Part shown: in pieces, positions 6,313-8,032 of the stretch | Layout of the letters: each line of letters begins with the position of its first letter | How positions within the stretch are numbered: the stretch's first letter is position 1 | Assembly: GCF_006345805.1 (NCBI RefSeq) | Contig: NW_021828607.1 | Location: forward strand, 1-8,032 | Source of the DNA: Octopus sinensis | Taxonomy: Eukaryota | Reading direction: 5' to 3' | DNA length: 8,032 bases | Notes under the pieces: model-generated | Told to the model about the DNA's origin: nothing | The model's database searches: none | The model's input: the letters and a program-made list of their open reading frames with translations, nothing else | Translations under genes and position numbers: made by a program

Positions 6313-6504
6313 TGACTTAAAATTGTATGATAGATACAGTCATTTTATTCTCTCTTACCTGTCTGTGTTTGCCTTTCCAAGTGCTGTGTTTTTACTGAGA
6401 TCTCCCTTTTAGTATGTAGAAGAATAGCTATAACTCTTTGACTGCTATTTCTAAATCGGTGTGTGGTGAGGCAATTCGTTGCTAAACCCTTAATTGCTTA
6501 GTAT

Positions 6505-6684
6505 ATAATATATATAATAGAATATATATATATATATATAGATATATATGACAGCTTCTTTAGGTTTCCGTCTACAAAATCCATTTACTAGGCATTGGTC
6601 AGCCCGGGGCTATGGTAAAAAAGACTTGTTCAAGGTGCCATGCAGTGGGACTGAACTTAAAACCATGTGGTAGGGAAGCAAGCT
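6505..6684 (-). mobile_element. SINE family A copy 3: 5' half only plus its internal (TA)n
   Basis: The - strand of 6550-6684 reads AGCTTGCTTCCCTACCACATGGTTTTAAGTTCAGTCCCACTGCATGGCACCTTGAACAAG...GTAGACGGAAACCTAAAGAAGCTGTC, followed by the TA-rich tract at 6505-6549. The A box and 3' half are absent. Confidence 0.85.
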
Positions 6685-6722
6685 CCATGCTGATTGAAAA
6701 CATTATGCTGATTGACTAAGCT

Positions 6723-6934
6723 TACGACAGGGTGCTTGAAAGTTCCTGGGTTTGGATAAAAGAAAATACAAGAGGAACAGTTAATTATGATTTTATTCAA
6801 CATATTTCCCTCTCAAATTCACGCACTTATTGCAGCGGTCCTTCAGGTTTTCTAAACCTTGTAAAAGAGCTCGGAAGGTTAGGCCTCTAGCCAGGTCTTC
6901 TATGACATCCTTAAAAACAGGAACCTCTCGCCTA
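6723..6934 (-). mobile_element. Mariner-derived internally deleted DNA transposon (MITE-like remnant)
   Basis: The left end TA-CGACAGGGTGCTTGAAAGTTCCTGGGTTT is mariner-TIR-like. The degenerate right end AAAAACAGGAACCTCTCGCC-TA shares the GTTCCTG/CAGGAAC core. A transposase-like C-terminus lies inside on the - strand. Confidence 0.62.
6793..6861 (-). pseudogene. C-terminal fragment of a mariner transposase (QGLENLKDRCNKCVNLRGKYVE*)
   Basis: Manual translation of 6861->6793. It matches the recalled mariner C-terminal pattern G[IL]xxLxxRxxKCxxxxGxY[VF]E-stop and is followed after about 40 nt by the TIR-like end. Confidence 0.65.
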
Positions 6935-7392
6935 TTGAAATATTGTTATTCTACCATCTTCTATGAATTATCGGTTCACAGAGCAAACCTATAGATGCTT
7001 GGTTTAGCCTGTGGAATGTTGTTAGGATCTCAGAGGCCTGTGTTAGTCGGACAGTGATGCCAATGGAGATTCTGCATTGGCAAGGTATAGAGGGCTAGTG
7101 GTGGTGGTAAAGAGTGATGAACTCCTCGGAGAATCTGGATGTCGATTAGGACCAACTGGCTGGTCTTATTCGGAAGGAATTCAGCTAGGGGTCTACGAAT
7201 AACTTTCAGAATTGTATGGTTCGGTGGTGCTGCAAAGGGGCAGTGCCGGCTCAAGAGAACTCTAAAGACATGGAAGTGTCACCAGACGGGCCTAACCAAG
7301 CTTCATGCAGAGCGGCGAAACAGTTCTGCACATGTTTTTGTCGCCCGATGAATTCTGACTTGAAGAATTTTGACATGTGCATCTTTTACTTG

Positions 7393-7695
7393 ACTTTTTA
7401 CATGCTGACCGAGTTTTTTTACATGTGCACGTTTTTTCCATGTGCACTTTTTCTTATATGTGCACTTTTTACATGTGTACTTTTTACACGCGCACTTTTT
7501 CACTTGTGCACTTTTTTACATGTGCCCTGTTTTTACATGTGCACTTTTTTACATGTGCACTTTTTACATGTGCACTTTTTTACAAGTGTACTTTTTACAT
7601 GTGCACTTTTTTACATGTGCAATTTTTACATGTGCACTTTTTTTACTTGTGCACTGTTTTTTTACATGTGCACTTTTTACATGTTGACCGAGTTT
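7393..7695. repeat. 15-17-bp minisatellite (ACATGTGCAC + T5-8), about 16 units, bracketed by a 24-bp direct repeat
   Basis: Units run from 7421 to 7678. The flanking ACTTTTTACATGYTGACCGAGTTT occurs at 7393-7416 and 7672-7695 with 1 mismatch. A degenerate extra unit lies at 7373. Confidence 0.95.
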
Positions 7696-8032
7696 AGCAG
7701 AAAAGATTGTCCGCGCACCATCTTTGGTCTCAAATGGCAGAGAACTTTTCTTTGATAAGTGTTGTGGACACAACTGAAATTGATAAAAACAGACACCTTC
7801 CTCCTCATCCTTGCCCTCATGCACAGTGGAACGAGAAATATAGAAAATAGAAGGGTTCCGCATTCATAGTATTAAAACTAGGTAACCTAAGATGGCCAAA
7901 AGATGCGTAAATTTATCTCAAATCTCTAACTCTTCTAAAATCTCATGGGATGAATGTGTCATATGCGTCTACGAAGTTTTAAATCAAACTTATTGAATCA
8001 GGCTGCTATCAAAAATATTTGTAATTCATACG

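Larger units (their letters stand above)
5344..6504 (+). mobile_element. Non-autonomous hammerhead-carrying retroelement (Penelope-like pseudo-LTR / retrozyme-type): tandem direct repeat plus 5' inverted segment
   Basis: 5433-5927 and 6007-6504 are direct repeats with a 574-bp period. 5344-5435 is the reverse complement of 5944-6033. Each direct copy holds a hammerhead core. There is no ORF and no obvious TSD; the right end abuts a TA-rich tract. Confidence 0.75.

Noticed and set aside
6982-7084. Possible + strand coding exon (SKPIDAWFSLWNVVRISEACV...)
   Set aside because: Weak acceptor and donor, no recognisable peptide, and an open frame of this length is expected by chance.
7216-7755. 179-aa ORF (and overlapping 66-106 aa ORFs) with MCTFY/HVHFF repeats
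   Set aside because: Produced by the 15-17-bp minisatellite; frame shifts between units give mixed repeats in all frames, which is inconsistent with coding constraint.
7715-7900. Three YY1/Pho-like ATGG motifs
   Set aside because: Short partial matches that also occur elsewhere in the window; not distinguishable from background.

Overview
Non-coding, repeat-saturated, AT-rich animal genomic DNA. No credible protein-coding gene is present: the listed ORFs are unrecognisable, and most are read-throughs of microsatellites, minisatellites or SINEs. From recall, the repeats resemble the tRNA-derived SINE families of Octopus/coleoid cephalopods, so the taxon is an inference. The window holds six SINE copies from three families (one nested in another), many compound microsatellites, two minisatellites (21 bp and 15-17 bp units) and a small mariner-derived remnant. 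The most notable feature is a 1.16-kb ORF-less element at 5344-6504. It is a 574-bp-period tandem direct repeat in which each copy carries an intact type I hammerhead ribozyme core (CUGAUGA...GAAA...GUC, + strand), with a long stem II and a palindromic minimal stem III. It is preceded by a 92-bp inverted copy of part of the unit. This architecture fits a Penelope-like pseudo-LTR or non-LTR retrozyme and predicts a self-excised, possibly circular, RNA of about 573 nt. A possible decayed hammerhead lies on the - strand at 3245-3379. The two tandem copies differ almost only by small indels, so local assembly quality must be checked.
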